From: a virus
Taxonomy: Duplodnaviria; Caudoviricetes
Reading direction: 5' to 3' (one strand)
Virus record (IMG/VR): IMGVR_UViG_3300025133_000020
Length of the DNA stretch: 64,000 nt
Positions within the stretch are counted from its first letter, which is position 1, and the number at the start of each line of letters is the position of its first letter. Below are positions 17,950-28,287 of this stretch, piece by piece. Below the pieces are notes generated by a model that saw only the letters and a program-made list of their open reading frames with translations, ran no database searches and was not told the origin of the DNA. The position numbers and the translations under genes were made by a program.

Positions 17950-20900
17950 ATGGCAAACATCAATTCCGAGACCATCGAGAAATTTCTCGCTGGCAAAAAC
18001 CAACAATCTTACATCACATCAATAGAAGTCCCTTATTATTCGAATGAGGCTTCAGTGATAGTAAATCACCCTGAAAGAGGGAAATCAATAGAAAAACATA
18101 AATTCAGACCGTTCGTATGGATGAGACATGACGTTTCAGGTATCCTATACGGTGGTAATAGACTTCTAATCAAACGTGCCATGAACGAATATGGCGTCAA
18201 GATTAAAGAGTTGAAGGTGACGGATGAGACTGGCTTCACCCCAGATAGAATGAAGAACGGTTTTAAATACCTTGCTTCAACAGATAGGAGTTATTCCAAG
18301 TTATTAGAATTCTTCGAGAATGGTGGTATAAAGGTTTATAACGACCCTAACTATTCTCGAATGTTCCAAGCATTCTCACCTACAGAACAATTCATGATAC
18401 AGACTGGTAAGCGTCTGTTCAAAGGTATGGAAGATTACGACCATATCCACAGGTTCCAGTTTGACCTTGAAACGAAAGGGCTTATAGCTGAGGAACATGA
18501 GATATTCCAAATAGGTATGAGTGATAATAAGGGTTGGTCAAAAATCCTTACGACAACTGGCGATACACTACAAGAGCGTAGAGATTCTGAACGACTGAAT
18601 ATTCAAGAGTTCTTCCGAGAAATCATAAGAAAGAAACCAGATACGATTGCAGGGTATTACTCTGAGAATTTCGACTGGGACTTCATCGAGAAAAGATGTA
18701 AGAGGTTAGGGGTACCAATGGAAAATTTGGCTATAACCCTTAACGGTAAGGATAAAATTAAGCGTAGACCTTCTTCTGTTAAGTTAGGTGCCAAGAGTGA
18801 ACATTACGTACAAACGTACTTATGGGGTTTCAACGTATTGGATATCTCTCACGCAGTAAGACGAGCAATGGAGATTAACTCCAACATCAAATCTTGGGGT
18901 CTTAAATATATTACCCAATTCTCTAAAGTACACAAGGAAAACCGTGTGTATGTTCCTGGTAAAGATATCTACAAAACGTGGGCTGATAAGGGAACCGATT
19001 ACTGGTTTTGTGATGAAGATGGTTCTTGGGGGAAGATAAAGCCTGATAGTAAGTTAGAACACAACATGGAGATTGTGTCTGGTTCTTACATTGTAGAGCG
19101 ATACCTTCTTGATGACCTTTGGGAAACTGAAAAGGTTGATGCTATCTACAATCAAGCGTCTTTCCTATTAGCTAAGATTTTACCTACGGGTTACATGCGT
19201 AGCTCTACTATGGGTACCGCAGGTCAATGGACACTTCTATTGGCTGCTTGGTCTTACGAAAATAATCTTGGAATACCTGAATATGGTGAAAAAGAAGACT
19301 TTACGGGTGGTCTTTCACGATTATTAGAGACTGGATATGCTACCAGAGTGGTCAAGCTTGACTTCGCGGCACTTTACCCTAAAACTACTTTGACTTGGGA
19401 TATATTCCCAGATTTGGATATCTCTCACGTTATGAAAGGTCTATTGACCTATGTTGTGGATACCCGTGATAAATACAAATTCCTTACTGCTGAATACTAT
19501 GAGGAAGTTGATAAGCTTAAAGAAACACTTGAAGGGTTGGAGCCTAACACCCCTGATTATCAATTAATTAGCGATGAAATAACTAGGAAAACTAGGTTAG
19601 CATCTGATGCGGATAAGAAGCAGTTACCACTTAAGATATTGGCTAACTCATTCTTTGGTTCTTATGGTGCGCCACACATCTTCCCATGGGGTGATGTTAA
19701 GTGTGCTGAGAGGATTACATGTATGTCAAGACAAAACCTTAGACTTATGGTTACCTTCTTCAAGGATAGAGGGTTCCGACCATTGGTTGGTGATACTGAT
19801 GGTTTCAACTTTGCGGTATTGGATGAAGTGGATGAGTATACTTATACTCCTACTTGTGAGCATAGTTTGACTAAGAAGTATGATGGTACTGAATTGAAAG
19901 GTGTTGAAGCTGTTGTAGCAGAGTTCAACGAAACCCTAATGACTGGGTGGATGGGACTTGATGTGGATGATATTTGTGAAGCCACTATCAACTTTAAGAG
20001 GAAGAACTATGCTAACCTTATCAATGGTAAGGTCAAGTTGGTCGGTAACTCTATCAAGTCTAAGAAGATGCCTACATACATTGAGGAATTCCTTAATATC
20101 GGTATCCCATTATTACTGCATGGTAAAGGTCATGAATTCATTCAAGAGTATTACAAAGAGGTTGATAAGATTTTCAACTACGAGATACCTATTGTGAAGA
20201 TTGCTTCCAAAGGTAAGGTTAATGAGACTTTAGAGTCGTATGAGAGAGATTGTAAGACCAAAACGAAGTCTGGTAGCTATAAAGCTAGAAAGGCTCATAT
20301 GGAGCTTGTTAAGCATCATGAGTTGACTGTTAACATGGGTGATGTAATCCATTATGTTAATACGGGTCAAGCAAAATCTACTGGTGATGTTTCGGTTAAG
20401 ACTGAGAAAGAGAGTGGTAAGAGAACCGTAACCATCAATTGCAAGTACATACCTGAAAGTATGTTAGAGGATAATCCAGACCTTGTTACTGAAGAATATA
20501 ATGCTGCGAGATATATCACAGCACTTAATAAGAAAGTAGTACCGTTATTGGTTTGTTTCGATAAGGAAATACGTGATGAAATTATCATTGAAACTGTTAA
20601 GGATAGAAAGCTTAAAGAATACGTTCTTAAGCCTAGAAGTATGTTCACCGAGAACCAGTGTAAATTGGTTAATAATCAACCTATCGAAGAGAAAGACCAA
20701 GATGATTTCCAGACAGCCCTTATGACTATGGAAGATAAGGAAATCAGATTCTGGGATAAGGTGGATGAAGTACCTCACCTTATGGAAAGTACCGAATGGG
20801 AAGTCCTTAAGCATGACTACCAAGAGCGTAAGCGTATTGAACGTAGAGAAAGCATCAATGCTGAAATCAGTCACATACATCAAGTAGCTAGAAGCTTTGA

Positions 20901-21507
20901 ATTGAAGGATATAACCAATATGGAGTTATACGGTAAGATTCCTCACGATATACTTAAGATGTCTACCATTGACGCTAAGAACCGTAAACTACGGTCAATC
21001 AAGTGGGATGTGTCATTAACTGACCTGACAGTCTTATTTGACTATAAGGAAGATGCTCAGATACGTGATAAGTTCTACACCAAAGCACTCCTATATCTTA
21101 CCAGAGATAGGAAACACACTCCTATGCATTACTGGGTTGAGTTCCAAGATTATATCAGGGACGTTAGATTCCAAGGTATAGATAAAAATCATAGAATTCA
21201 GAACTACTGGATTGATATCGCTGAAGAAATCGGTTACGATACCTTAATGGCGCTTGAACCTGATAAGTTATACGAATACTGGTTGAAGTGTGAAGAGAAG
21301 TTCCCAACGGCTCGTAAACCTATGTCTCAAGAAGAAGCGTATGCTGACATGCGACCAACGTTTGATGAGATGGAATCCGCAGTAGAGGATTATCAAAGCC
21401 AACGTATGGTTAGTAAAGGTATTATGACGCAAGAGGAAGCTGACCAACGTAAAGATGAGATAGCTAAGACTAAAGCCGAGGAAGAGGATGTGGACTGGGG
21501 ATTTTAA
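17950..21507 (+). CDS. polB: Family B DNA polymerase (T4 gp43-like) with C-terminal extension
   Basis: ExoI FDLET, ExoII NFDWDFI, ExoIII YLLDD; polymerase motifs DFAALYP, KILANSFFG, GDTDG. Likely start is ATG 17950 (track start is GTG 17923). Confidence 0.95.
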   Translation: MANINSETIEKFLAGKNQQSYITSIEVPYYSNEASVIVNHPERGKSIEKHKFRPFVWMRHDVSGILYGGNRLLIKRAMNEYGVKIKELKVTDETGFTPDRMKNGFKYLASTDRSYSKLLEFFENGGIKVYNDPNYSRMFQAFSPTEQFMIQTGKRLFKGMEDYDHIHRFQFDLETKGLIAEEHEIFQIGMSDNKGWSKILTTTGDTLQERRDSERLNIQEFFREIIRKKPDTIAGYYSENFDWDFIEKRCKRLGVPMENLAITLNGKDKIKRRPSSVKLGAKSEHYVQTYLWGFNVLDISHAVRRAMEINSNIKSWGLKYITQFSKVHKENRVYVPGKDIYKTWADKGTDYWFCDEDGSWGKIKPDSKLEHNMEIVSGSYIVERYLLDDLWETEKVDAIYNQASFLLAKILPTGYMRSSTMGTAGQWTLLLAAWSYENNLGIPEYGEKEDFTGGLSRLLETGYATRVVKLDFAALYPKTTLTWDIFPDLDISHVMKGLLTYVVDTRDKYKFLTAEYYEEVDKLKETLEGLEPNTPDYQLISDEITRKTRLASDADKKQLPLKILANSFFGSYGAPHIFPWGDVKCAERITCMSRQNLRLMVTFFKDRGFRPLVGDTDGFNFAVLDEVDEYTYTPTCEHSLTKKYDGTELKGVEAVVAEFNETLMTGWMGLDVDDICEATINFKRKNYANLINGKVKLVGNSIKSKKMPTYIEEFLNIGIPLLLHGKGHEFIQEYYKEVDKIFNYEIPIVKIASKGKVNETLESYERDCKTKTKSGSYKARKAHMELVKHHELTVNMGDVIHYVNTGQAKSTGDVSVKTEKESGKRTVTINCKYIPESMLEDNPDLVTEEYNAARYITALNKKVVPLLVCFDKEIRDEIIIETVKDRKLKEYVLKPRSMFTENQCKLVNNQPIEEKDQDDFQTALMTMEDKEIRFWDKVDEVPHLMESTEWEVLKHDYQERKRIERRESINAEISHIHQVARSFELKDITNMELYGKIPHDILKMSTIDAKNRKLRSIKWDVSLTDLTVLFDYKEDAQIRDKFYTKALLYLTRDRKHTPMHYWVEFQDYIRDVRFQGIDKNHRIQNYWIDIAEEIGYDTLMALEPDKLYEYWLKCEEKFPTARKPMSQEEAYADMRPTFDEMESAVEDYQSQRMVSKGIMTQEEADQRKDEIAKTKAEEEDVDWGF

Positions 21508-22655
21508 TAAACCCAGAAGCCTAACGGTCTGAAGCCTAGATGTTTATTTAGGTCTTCAGATTCTTTAGCTGCACGTTCTATTTGTGCTGTGGAAGATAAT
21601 CTTGCCAGCCATTCATCTAAACGTTCCAACACTTCCCTTCTTTCATCGTTACCTTCAGAAATAAGAGTTTCGTAATCCATTGTACGTTCAGCTTCTGGCG
21701 GACCTACAATACCACCGAATTTACCTCTGGTTCTACCCAAAGCTCGTTTAGATTCAGCTACGAATAACTTACGAACCAACACCTTAGTAGGCTCATTGAA
21801 ATCGGCAAAGTCTAACTTAGCCAAAGGAACCTCATTAGGTAGTTTGATGATGTCTGGGTTATCCAGTCTACATTCATCCACGTTCTCTGGAGTTGTATCG
21901 TAATAGTGGTACCACACTTGACACCCAGTCATATTGATTGAGCTTGATGTTGAACCACCAATTCCGTGACCAAATGATAGCTTAGAACCAGGAGTCGACA
22001 TTAGATGTAATAGTCTTGTTCCATCAGGTCCCGCAGTGATTTTATACACCAATTCACTTCTAAGAATTCTATTTTTAAGGTTGAAGTCTGATGCTGTTAA
22101 TAGAATGTCGTATGCTGGGGCGATGTAATATCCACCCGCACCACCTGCACCAGCAGCGTTGAAACCACCACCAGATGAACCAAGTTGTCCATAACCACCA
22201 CCGAAACCATAATCAATACCTGCATAGTTCGCCATAAGCGCCATGTCGGTTGTTGGTGGGGTCATCCATAATACTTCATTAATTTCACGACCAGCAGGTA
22301 TTTGATACACCTGTCTACCAGCTTCCAATTCTACATAATCCTTCTTAAGTTCCCAAGGACCTCTAGCTTGGTGTCCTACTTGCTTTGAATAAGCGTAGGT
22401 ATATTGTGTCATTAGGTCGAATGAGCGTACACTCATTGCGAATGCCATATCAGTAGTTGATATGCTGTCGCCCAATAATGATTGCCATTGGTGCTCGATT
22501 AACCATTCTTGAACGTATTGAGCGTAATCCTCAATAGCAATCTCAAGAAGAGTACACAGGGTCTCATCTTTTAATTCTATATTCCGTATCGGAGCACCCA
22601 TTTGTGCTCGGAATTGGTTAAATATTCTTTGTTTGTCTTCGTTTGATACTGCCAT
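21504..22655 (-). CDS. Neck protein (T4 gp13-like)
   Basis: MGAPIRNIEL...LLEIAIEDY N-terminal pattern and C-terminal RALGRTRGKF..IVGP motif; TATTTAT motif upstream at 22674-22680 (minus). Confidence 0.6.
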   Translation of the reverse strand: MAVSNEDKQRIFNQFRAQMGAPIRNIELKDETLCTLLEIAIEDYAQYVQEWLIEHQWQSLLGDSISTTDMAFAMSVRSFDLMTQYTYAYSKQVGHQARGPWELKKDYVELEAGRQVYQIPAGREINEVLWMTPPTTDMALMANYAGIDYGFGGGYGQLGSSGGGFNAAGAGGAGGYYIAPAYDILLTASDFNLKNRILRSELVYKITAGPDGTRLLHLMSTPGSKLSFGHGIGGSTSSSINMTGCQVWYHYYDTTPENVDECRLDNPDIIKLPNEVPLAKLDFADFNEPTKVLVRKLFVAESKRALGRTRGKFGGIVGPPEAERTMDYETLISEGNDERREVLERLDEWLARLSSTAQIERAAKESEDLNKHLGFRPLGFWVY

Positions 22656-22781
22656 TTTCGGTAGTGTTTAACTATAAATATCCAACAAATGGATAAACCG
22701 TACTAGTTATCTGACAATAATTTTTTGGTGATTATTTGGTACCAAATCGTTCTTTTTAGATTATAGTAGATATTTAATAGT

Positions 22782-23867
22782 ATGACTAAAACGATAAAAT
22801 TTGTAAATGAGTGTAAAGCTATATTTGGTGAAGAATACGATTACAGTAAAGTAGAATATACCAATCTTAAAACTAAAGTGGAAATTGTGTGTCCCACACA
22901 CGGCTCCTTTCATAAAACGCCACATCATCATAAAATTAGAAAACAAGGGTGTCCTAAATGTTCTAATGCAATTAAAAGTAAAAACAATACCAAGACCACC
23001 GAGAAATTCATAAAACAATCAATAGTGGTACATGGTGATAGATACGATTATTCAAAGGTTGCATACGAACATGCTAAACGTAAAGTGAGTATTATATGTC
23101 CAAAACACGGAGAATTCAGACAAACACCAGATAATCATTTACAAGGTAATAATTGCCCCAAATGCGTTGGTAAGTCTATGACTAATGAAGATATATTGAT
23201 TAAATTTAATGAAACTCATAGTAATAAGTATGATTATTCTAATGTATATTATGTTAACGGTAAAACTAAAGTTAAAATTATATGTCCAGAACATGGAGAA
23301 TTCAAGCAGTTGCCATACCCACACATAAATGGTCAAGGTTGTCCACGTTGCTTTGGACTAAACAAAACCAACGAGATTTTCATTAACGATTCCAAATTAA
23401 TTCATGGTGATAGATACGATTACTCCAAAATAGAATACATTAATAATAAATGTAAGGTTATTATTAAATGTCCAGAACATGGAGAATTCAAACAAACACC
23501 AAATATGCATCTACAGGGTAATGGTTGTCCTACTTGTAAAGAATCGGTAGGTGAGAAATTAGTGAGAGGTTACCTGATATGTAACAATATTAATTTTAGT
23601 CCCCAACATTCATTCAACGAATGTAAAAATGTTTGTGCTTTACCTTTTGACTTCTATTTACCAGAATATAATGTTTGTATTGAATATGATGGCATTCAAC
23701 ATTTTAAACCAATATCGTTTTTCGGTGGTATCGGAGGATTCAATAATAGGAAGCGTAACGATAACATTAAAAATAGGTTTTGTGAAAATAATAACATCGA
23801 TTTACTCCGAATACCCTATGATTCGGATGTGTTTGAATCGTTGAGTAACTTTTTTACCAATAAATAA
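22782..23867 (+). mobile_element. Free-standing putative homing endonuclease: tandem Zn-finger repeats plus PD-(D/E)XK/Vsr-like domain
   Basis: About 4-5 YDYSKV.Y.....KV.I.CP.HG.F.Q.P..HL.G.GCP.C repeats; C-terminal LPFDFYLPEYNVCIEYDGIQHF; visibly more AT-rich; antisense to both neighbours. Confidence 0.75.
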
Positions 23868-24091
23868 CCTTCCTTAATAGTCTTGAACGAACGCTCTGGT
23901 ATCAGTATCTTCTTACCGACAATAATAATAGGGACACTATCGGCTCCACTTATTTCAACTATTTTATTGAACTCCAGTTTGTTCTTGTTAAGCTCAACTT
24001 CCACTTCTTTAAATTCTACGCCACCTTCTGTGAAATATTTTTTCATCTCATCACAGAATGGACATTTCTTCATTGTGTATAATCGTACCAT
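23816..24091 (-). CDS. Glutaredoxin/NrdH-like redoxin
   Basis: YTMKKCPFC active site and the VP motif (DSVPIIIVG). Confidence 0.85.
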   Translation of the reverse strand: MVRLYTMKKCPFCDEMKKYFTEGGVEFKEVEVELNKNKLEFNKIVEISGADSVPIIIVGKKILIPERSFKTIKEGYLLVKKLLNDSNTSES

Positions 24092-25914
24092 TAGTCCTCT
24101 TCAATTATAAAATCCATAACGTCTTCCATTTTATCTTCGTTGACGCCAATTATCTGGTCAATAACATCTCTCTTTCTCAGAACCGTATACCACATTCTTG
24201 TAGTGATAGTTTCATCAAACAATTGATAGTACACGTTAACCGTGTTATCTTGACCAATCCTGTAACATCTATCCTCAGCTTGTTCGTTATTTCCTGGAAC
24301 CCAGTCAAATGAATTGAACACAACAACCGTACCTTCTGTTAGTGTTATACCAACTCCAGCAGATATGATGTTACCTATAAATACTTTCACACCAGCATTA
24401 TTTTGGAACCTGTCCACAGATTTTTGCTTTTCAGTAGCACTCATTGAACCATTATGACGCACACACTTCTTACCGAAATGTTCAGCCAATTCATTTTGTT
24501 CCTCATTGAATGTGGTGAATATTACAACCTTTTGGTTTTCCTCAATAGCATCTTCCACCATTTCTATAGTGTGAGGTATTGCAGACTGAGCGATGAATTT
24601 CCTAAGTAGGATAACTTCAACCAAATCTTTGTCTGGTGTACCTCTCTTCTTCTTCGCTCTCCTTTCTTCCAGATACTCTTCCCACAGGTATTCATATTCA
24701 GATTCTTGGGGTTTAGTGAGTTCGTGGTGAACTGGTGTTATAATCTTATCTGGCATATCTAATACATCGGTCTTAAGTCTACGCATAACGTAGTTCCTAG
24801 ACTTGATAGATAATTCACCCAGATTTGAGTCCCCATTGGCGATTAGAATCTTTCTGCTACCGTTGGCTGTCTTCTTGTAAATGGTCTTACCATCACAATA
24901 CCTTTTGATATAGAACGGATAATTGTCTGCCAGTGGGCTTTTAATCAGCTTTAAGAGGTTAAAGAAGTCTTTAGGTCTGTTGGCAACAGGTGTACCAGTT
25001 AATAACCACATACGCTTTGTCTCAGGATTCTTAGATAATTCTCCAACGATAGCCCCTCTCTTACTCTTATGGTCTTTAACCTTATGAGCTTCATCACATA
25101 TGATGATATCGAAGTTCTCGTCATAGATATCTCTCTTCCATAAATCTATAGCATCCCTATCCTTTTTAAGTCTTGGTGTGATGGTATGGAAATTCTTTAG
25201 AATATCATAGTTGATGATTGTCCACTTAGATGATGTCCATTGGTAGCTGTTCACGATAGAGATATCAGTCTCACCGAACATTTCAATTTCTCTTTTCCAG
25301 TTAATCTTAGTTGATGCTGGGCAGATAATAAGAATCTTCTTGGCACCAGTTTCCATTGCAGCGATAATAGATTGGTATGTCTTACCAAGACCCATATCAT
25401 CAGCAAGGATACCACCTTCCCTACTCAATAGGAACTTAATACCGCTTTCCTGATGCTTGAAAGGTATTCTGGATTTAGTATCCAATTCAAGATACTTACT
25501 GAAATCCACTTCAATATCCACAGGAACGAAGTATGGGTCTTCCATAACTTGCGTCTTTGGAATCCAATACATACCATTATCCTTCTGATTCTTCTTTAGT
25601 TTACCGTATACGTGATAAGACTTTTCAGTCTCAGCTAATACGAAACCAAAATACATACGTTCAGGGGTGAACGATAAGTTATATTTCTCCTTCAATTCTT
25701 CACCAATGTAAGAAGATAGGGTTACAACCCTATTTACCTTAACAGGCTCTTTATCGTGGTTATCTAGAATGTATGACTCTTGATTGTTAGTCAACGGCAC
25801 CTTCCCTTTAGTCTTCAATTGATGTTGTAGCTTAAGTAGGTACGGATTACGTCCCTTGTATAAGCCCAAATGAATTAAAGCTTTTCTTCCTTTAATATCT
25901 CCTAAGTCTATCAT
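24091..25914 (-). CDS. SNF2/SMARCAL1-like ATP-dependent helicase/translocase
   Basis: ILADDMGLGKT, DEAH, LLTGTP, SAGVGITL, QAEDRCYRIGQ. Confidence 0.95.
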   Translation of the reverse strand: MIDLGDIKGRKALIHLGLYKGRNPYLLKLQHQLKTKGKVPLTNNQESYILDNHDKEPVKVNRVVTLSSYIGEELKEKYNLSFTPERMYFGFVLAETEKSYHVYGKLKKNQKDNGMYWIPKTQVMEDPYFVPVDIEVDFSKYLELDTKSRIPFKHQESGIKFLLSREGGILADDMGLGKTYQSIIAAMETGAKKILIICPASTKINWKREIEMFGETDISIVNSYQWTSSKWTIINYDILKNFHTITPRLKKDRDAIDLWKRDIYDENFDIIICDEAHKVKDHKSKRGAIVGELSKNPETKRMWLLTGTPVANRPKDFFNLLKLIKSPLADNYPFYIKRYCDGKTIYKKTANGSRKILIANGDSNLGELSIKSRNYVMRRLKTDVLDMPDKIITPVHHELTKPQESEYEYLWEEYLEERRAKKKRGTPDKDLVEVILLRKFIAQSAIPHTIEMVEDAIEENQKVVIFTTFNEEQNELAEHFGKKCVRHNGSMSATEKQKSVDRFQNNAGVKVFIGNIISAGVGITLTEGTVVVFNSFDWVPGNNEQAEDRCYRIGQDNTVNVYYQLFDETITTRMWYTVLRKRDVIDQIIGVNEDKMEDVMDFIIEED

Positions 25915-25921
25915 AATGAGT

Positions 25922-25952
25922 TAAATATAATGAAAATAAATATAAAAATCAA
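25922..25952 (-). promoter_or_regulatory. Host-RNAP-type promoter of the SNF2 gene
   Basis: Minus strand TTGATT-N17-TATATTTA, ending 7 nt before the ATG. Confidence 0.55.
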
Positions 25953-25981
25953 GTGTTTCGCAGCTTTAATGAGTACAAAGA

Positions 25982-25988
25982 TATTTAT
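25982..25988 (+). promoter_or_regulatory. TATTTAT late-promoter-like motif
   Basis: Exact motif 11 nt before the 26000 start. Confidence 0.55.
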
Positions 25989-25999
25989 CTAAAAAAGAC

Positions 26000-26524
26000 A
26001 TGGCTAAACCTAACAAGATTGTACCTATAAATAGAATCAGTAAGTTTTTCTCTCAGGAAGATTTCGACTTGGAAATTGAGATGGGTAGAGAGGCTATCGA
26101 AGGTGATGGTAATTTCACGGTTATCTTATATCGGGTAGACCGAGAAATGACTAATACCGATATTTACAACGAAGCCCGAAAGGGTGATGTGGTGTATAAG
26201 GTACCTGTGGAGTTAAGTGTTATGCCTATAATTGATGAAGCTGAAAACTTAGCATTCAATACAACTGCTGGGTCATTACGGGATTTACAAGATGGTAATC
26301 TTAAGTTCCTTATATACCAAGCGCACTTGGATGAGCTTAATGTTGAGCTTACATTTGGTGATTACATAGGTTACCCAGTTACCGAAACTGAGGTTAGATT
26401 CTTTAGTATCGTAAATGATGGTGTTAAGAATTACGATAATGAACATACTATTATGGGATACAAAGGAGTGTATAAAGTGGTTAATTGTGCTCCAGTAGAC
26501 GAAAATGAATTTACTTCTGAATAA
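26000..26524 (+). CDS. Head-tail connector/neck protein (gp14-like)
   Basis: Position before tail completion and sheath genes; beta-barrel stopper-like pattern (VILYRVD...GDYIGY...FFSIVN). Confidence 0.55.
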   Translation: MAKPNKIVPINRISKFFSQEDFDLEIEMGREAIEGDGNFTVILYRVDREMTNTDIYNEARKGDVVYKVPVELSVMPIIDEAENLAFNTTAGSLRDLQDGNLKFLIYQAHLDELNVELTFGDYIGYPVTETEVRFFSIVNDGVKNYDNEHTIMGYKGVYKVVNCAPVDENEFTSE

Positions 26525-27960
26525 TGCCAAAAGGATTTAGAAAACAGTTAAAATTAACCTCTCAAAAGGTTGGGGTAGAACGTAGACAGGAACTGCTCGA
26601 TGGTATCGCTGATGGTAATGGTTTCCTACCTCAAGGTGTTCATATCCGAGATATGGATGCATCCTTCATTGATTTTGTTAATGAGAACCTTAAGATAGAG
26701 ATTGATGGTGAGCAAGTGCCTGTTATCTTCTTAACCATTCAAAGATACTCTGATTTCACCAAGACGTGGAAATTCACTGATGAGTACAAGAATATCAAGA
26801 TGCCTTTCATAACGATTGTTAGAAACCCTGACATTCAGAAAGGAACAAATCAAGCTGGATTAGCCAATATACCAGGACATCAACATTGGTCTTACTACAA
26901 AGTTCCATCTAATGATGGTGCCAGAGTTGGAGTGGATATCTATAAGATTCCACAACCTACTGCGGTGGATATCACCTATGAGGTTAGATTCTTCAGTAAT
27001 AAGATGTCTGACGTGAATGTCATTCACAATAAGGTTCAACGAGAATTCAACGCTATACAATCTTACATTTACCCAAAGGGGCATCCTATGCCTATTACGA
27101 TACCCACTATCAGTGATGAAAGTAATATTGAGGATTTTGAAAACAGACGTTTCTACGTTCAAACCTTCGAGATGCTATTGGCTGGTTATATCTTAGATGA
27201 GAATGATTTCGAGGTTCAACCAACGATTAATAGGGCGATGGTATTAAATGAGATTGCGATTGACCCTGAAACAGCCGAACCGTATCCAAACCAAAACAAG
27301 AGAACGCCTGTAATCAGAACCCAAGGTAATGTTATCATTCGTAACAGTGCTGGTCAGTTAATCAATTCAAGTGCGTGTGATACTTCATATGTGGTTGGAA
27401 ATTCAGAGATAATTAATTCTGGTGCGACATGGAGCGTAAGTGTTCCAGCAACCAGTGGTTATACATTAGAGAATGTGATTAACTATGATAGTGATGGTTC
27501 ACCAGTAGTAACACCTGCAATGGTAGGTTTTACCGCAACAACGTGTGACCCCGCTACCATTATTAATTCTGGTGCAACATATTCAGCTACAACGCCTGCT
27601 GGAAGCATATTCAATGTACCTAACACACCAATATTCAGTACGTCTTCAGGGTTTACTGATTCAACACCATCAGTTGCTACAGGTTATACGATAGGTGATG
27701 TGGCTTGGACAGATAGTGATGGGGTACCTAAGACAACCGAATACGGTCAACCTATCGCATGTATATTAGCATTAAAGGATGAGGTGGAACACGATTTTGT
27801 ACCACCAATGGATTATTTGGGTAGGGCACCTAATGGTACGTTGACCAGTGCTAGTGCTTGGACGATAACTAGGATTGAGGTATTCACTGGTGGTACCACT
27901 GATGTTAAATCAGCCACTAATGTAGCATGGGACGATAGGTATATCGTTATTTACTCATAA
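26524..27960 (+). CDS. Tail completion/terminator protein (gp15-like) with ~230 aa Ser/Thr-rich C-terminal extension
   Basis: N-terminal ~245 aa has a gp15-like pattern (KMPFITIVR...PTAVDITYEVRF...YVQTFEM); the C-terminus has an unrelated composition. Confidence 0.6.
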   Translation: MPKGFRKQLKLTSQKVGVERRQELLDGIADGNGFLPQGVHIRDMDASFIDFVNENLKIEIDGEQVPVIFLTIQRYSDFTKTWKFTDEYKNIKMPFITIVRNPDIQKGTNQAGLANIPGHQHWSYYKVPSNDGARVGVDIYKIPQPTAVDITYEVRFFSNKMSDVNVIHNKVQREFNAIQSYIYPKGHPMPITIPTISDESNIEDFENRRFYVQTFEMLLAGYILDENDFEVQPTINRAMVLNEIAIDPETAEPYPNQNKRTPVIRTQGNVIIRNSAGQLINSSACDTSYVVGNSEIINSGATWSVSVPATSGYTLENVINYDSDGSPVVTPAMVGFTATTCDPATIINSGATYSATTPAGSIFNVPNTPIFSTSSGFTDSTPSVATGYTIGDVAWTDSDGVPKTTEYGQPIACILALKDEVEHDFVPPMDYLGRAPNGTLTSASAWTITRIEVFTGGTTDVKSATNVAWDDRYIVIYS

Positions 27961-27987
27961 CACACATATTTATTAAAAAAGACTAAA

Positions 27988-28284
27988 ATGACATTAAATA
28001 ACCCATATGTAGGAGAAGATAGTAACGGAGACGAAAGAACGTTCGATAAATTCACCGTTCAATTCAGTACCGCACCTAGACTAAAGGCTGGTGAACTTAA
28101 GACTATTCTAAACATGAAATTCTTCGGAACGGTAGATGTTGACGGTAGTGTTGTTTTATCAAAAACCCCTTTTAAGCGGATAGTTCTTTCTGATGTTGCT
28201 GGTCAAGGTGATGTTGACGAATTGACCGCATTCGACACAATTCAAGTTGCGATACAGAATTACGTAAACGCTAAAAATATATAA
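27988..28284 (+). CDS. Hypothetical protein
   Basis: 98 aa ORF with TATTTAT at 27967-27973. Confidence 0.7.
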   Translation: MTLNNPYVGEDSNGDERTFDKFTVQFSTAPRLKAGELKTILNMKFFGTVDVDGSVVLSKTPFKRIVLSDVAGQGDVDELTAFDTIQVAIQNYVNAKNI

Positions 28285-28287
28285 TAA

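Noticed and set aside
21504-21507. Overlapping convergent stop codons of polB and the neck gene
   Set aside because: Common compact-genome arrangement with no further signal.
22733-22746. 14-bp palindrome ATTTGGTACCAAAT between divergent genes
   Set aside because: Single occurrence with no second copy seen; it cannot be distinguished from chance or a generic hairpin.
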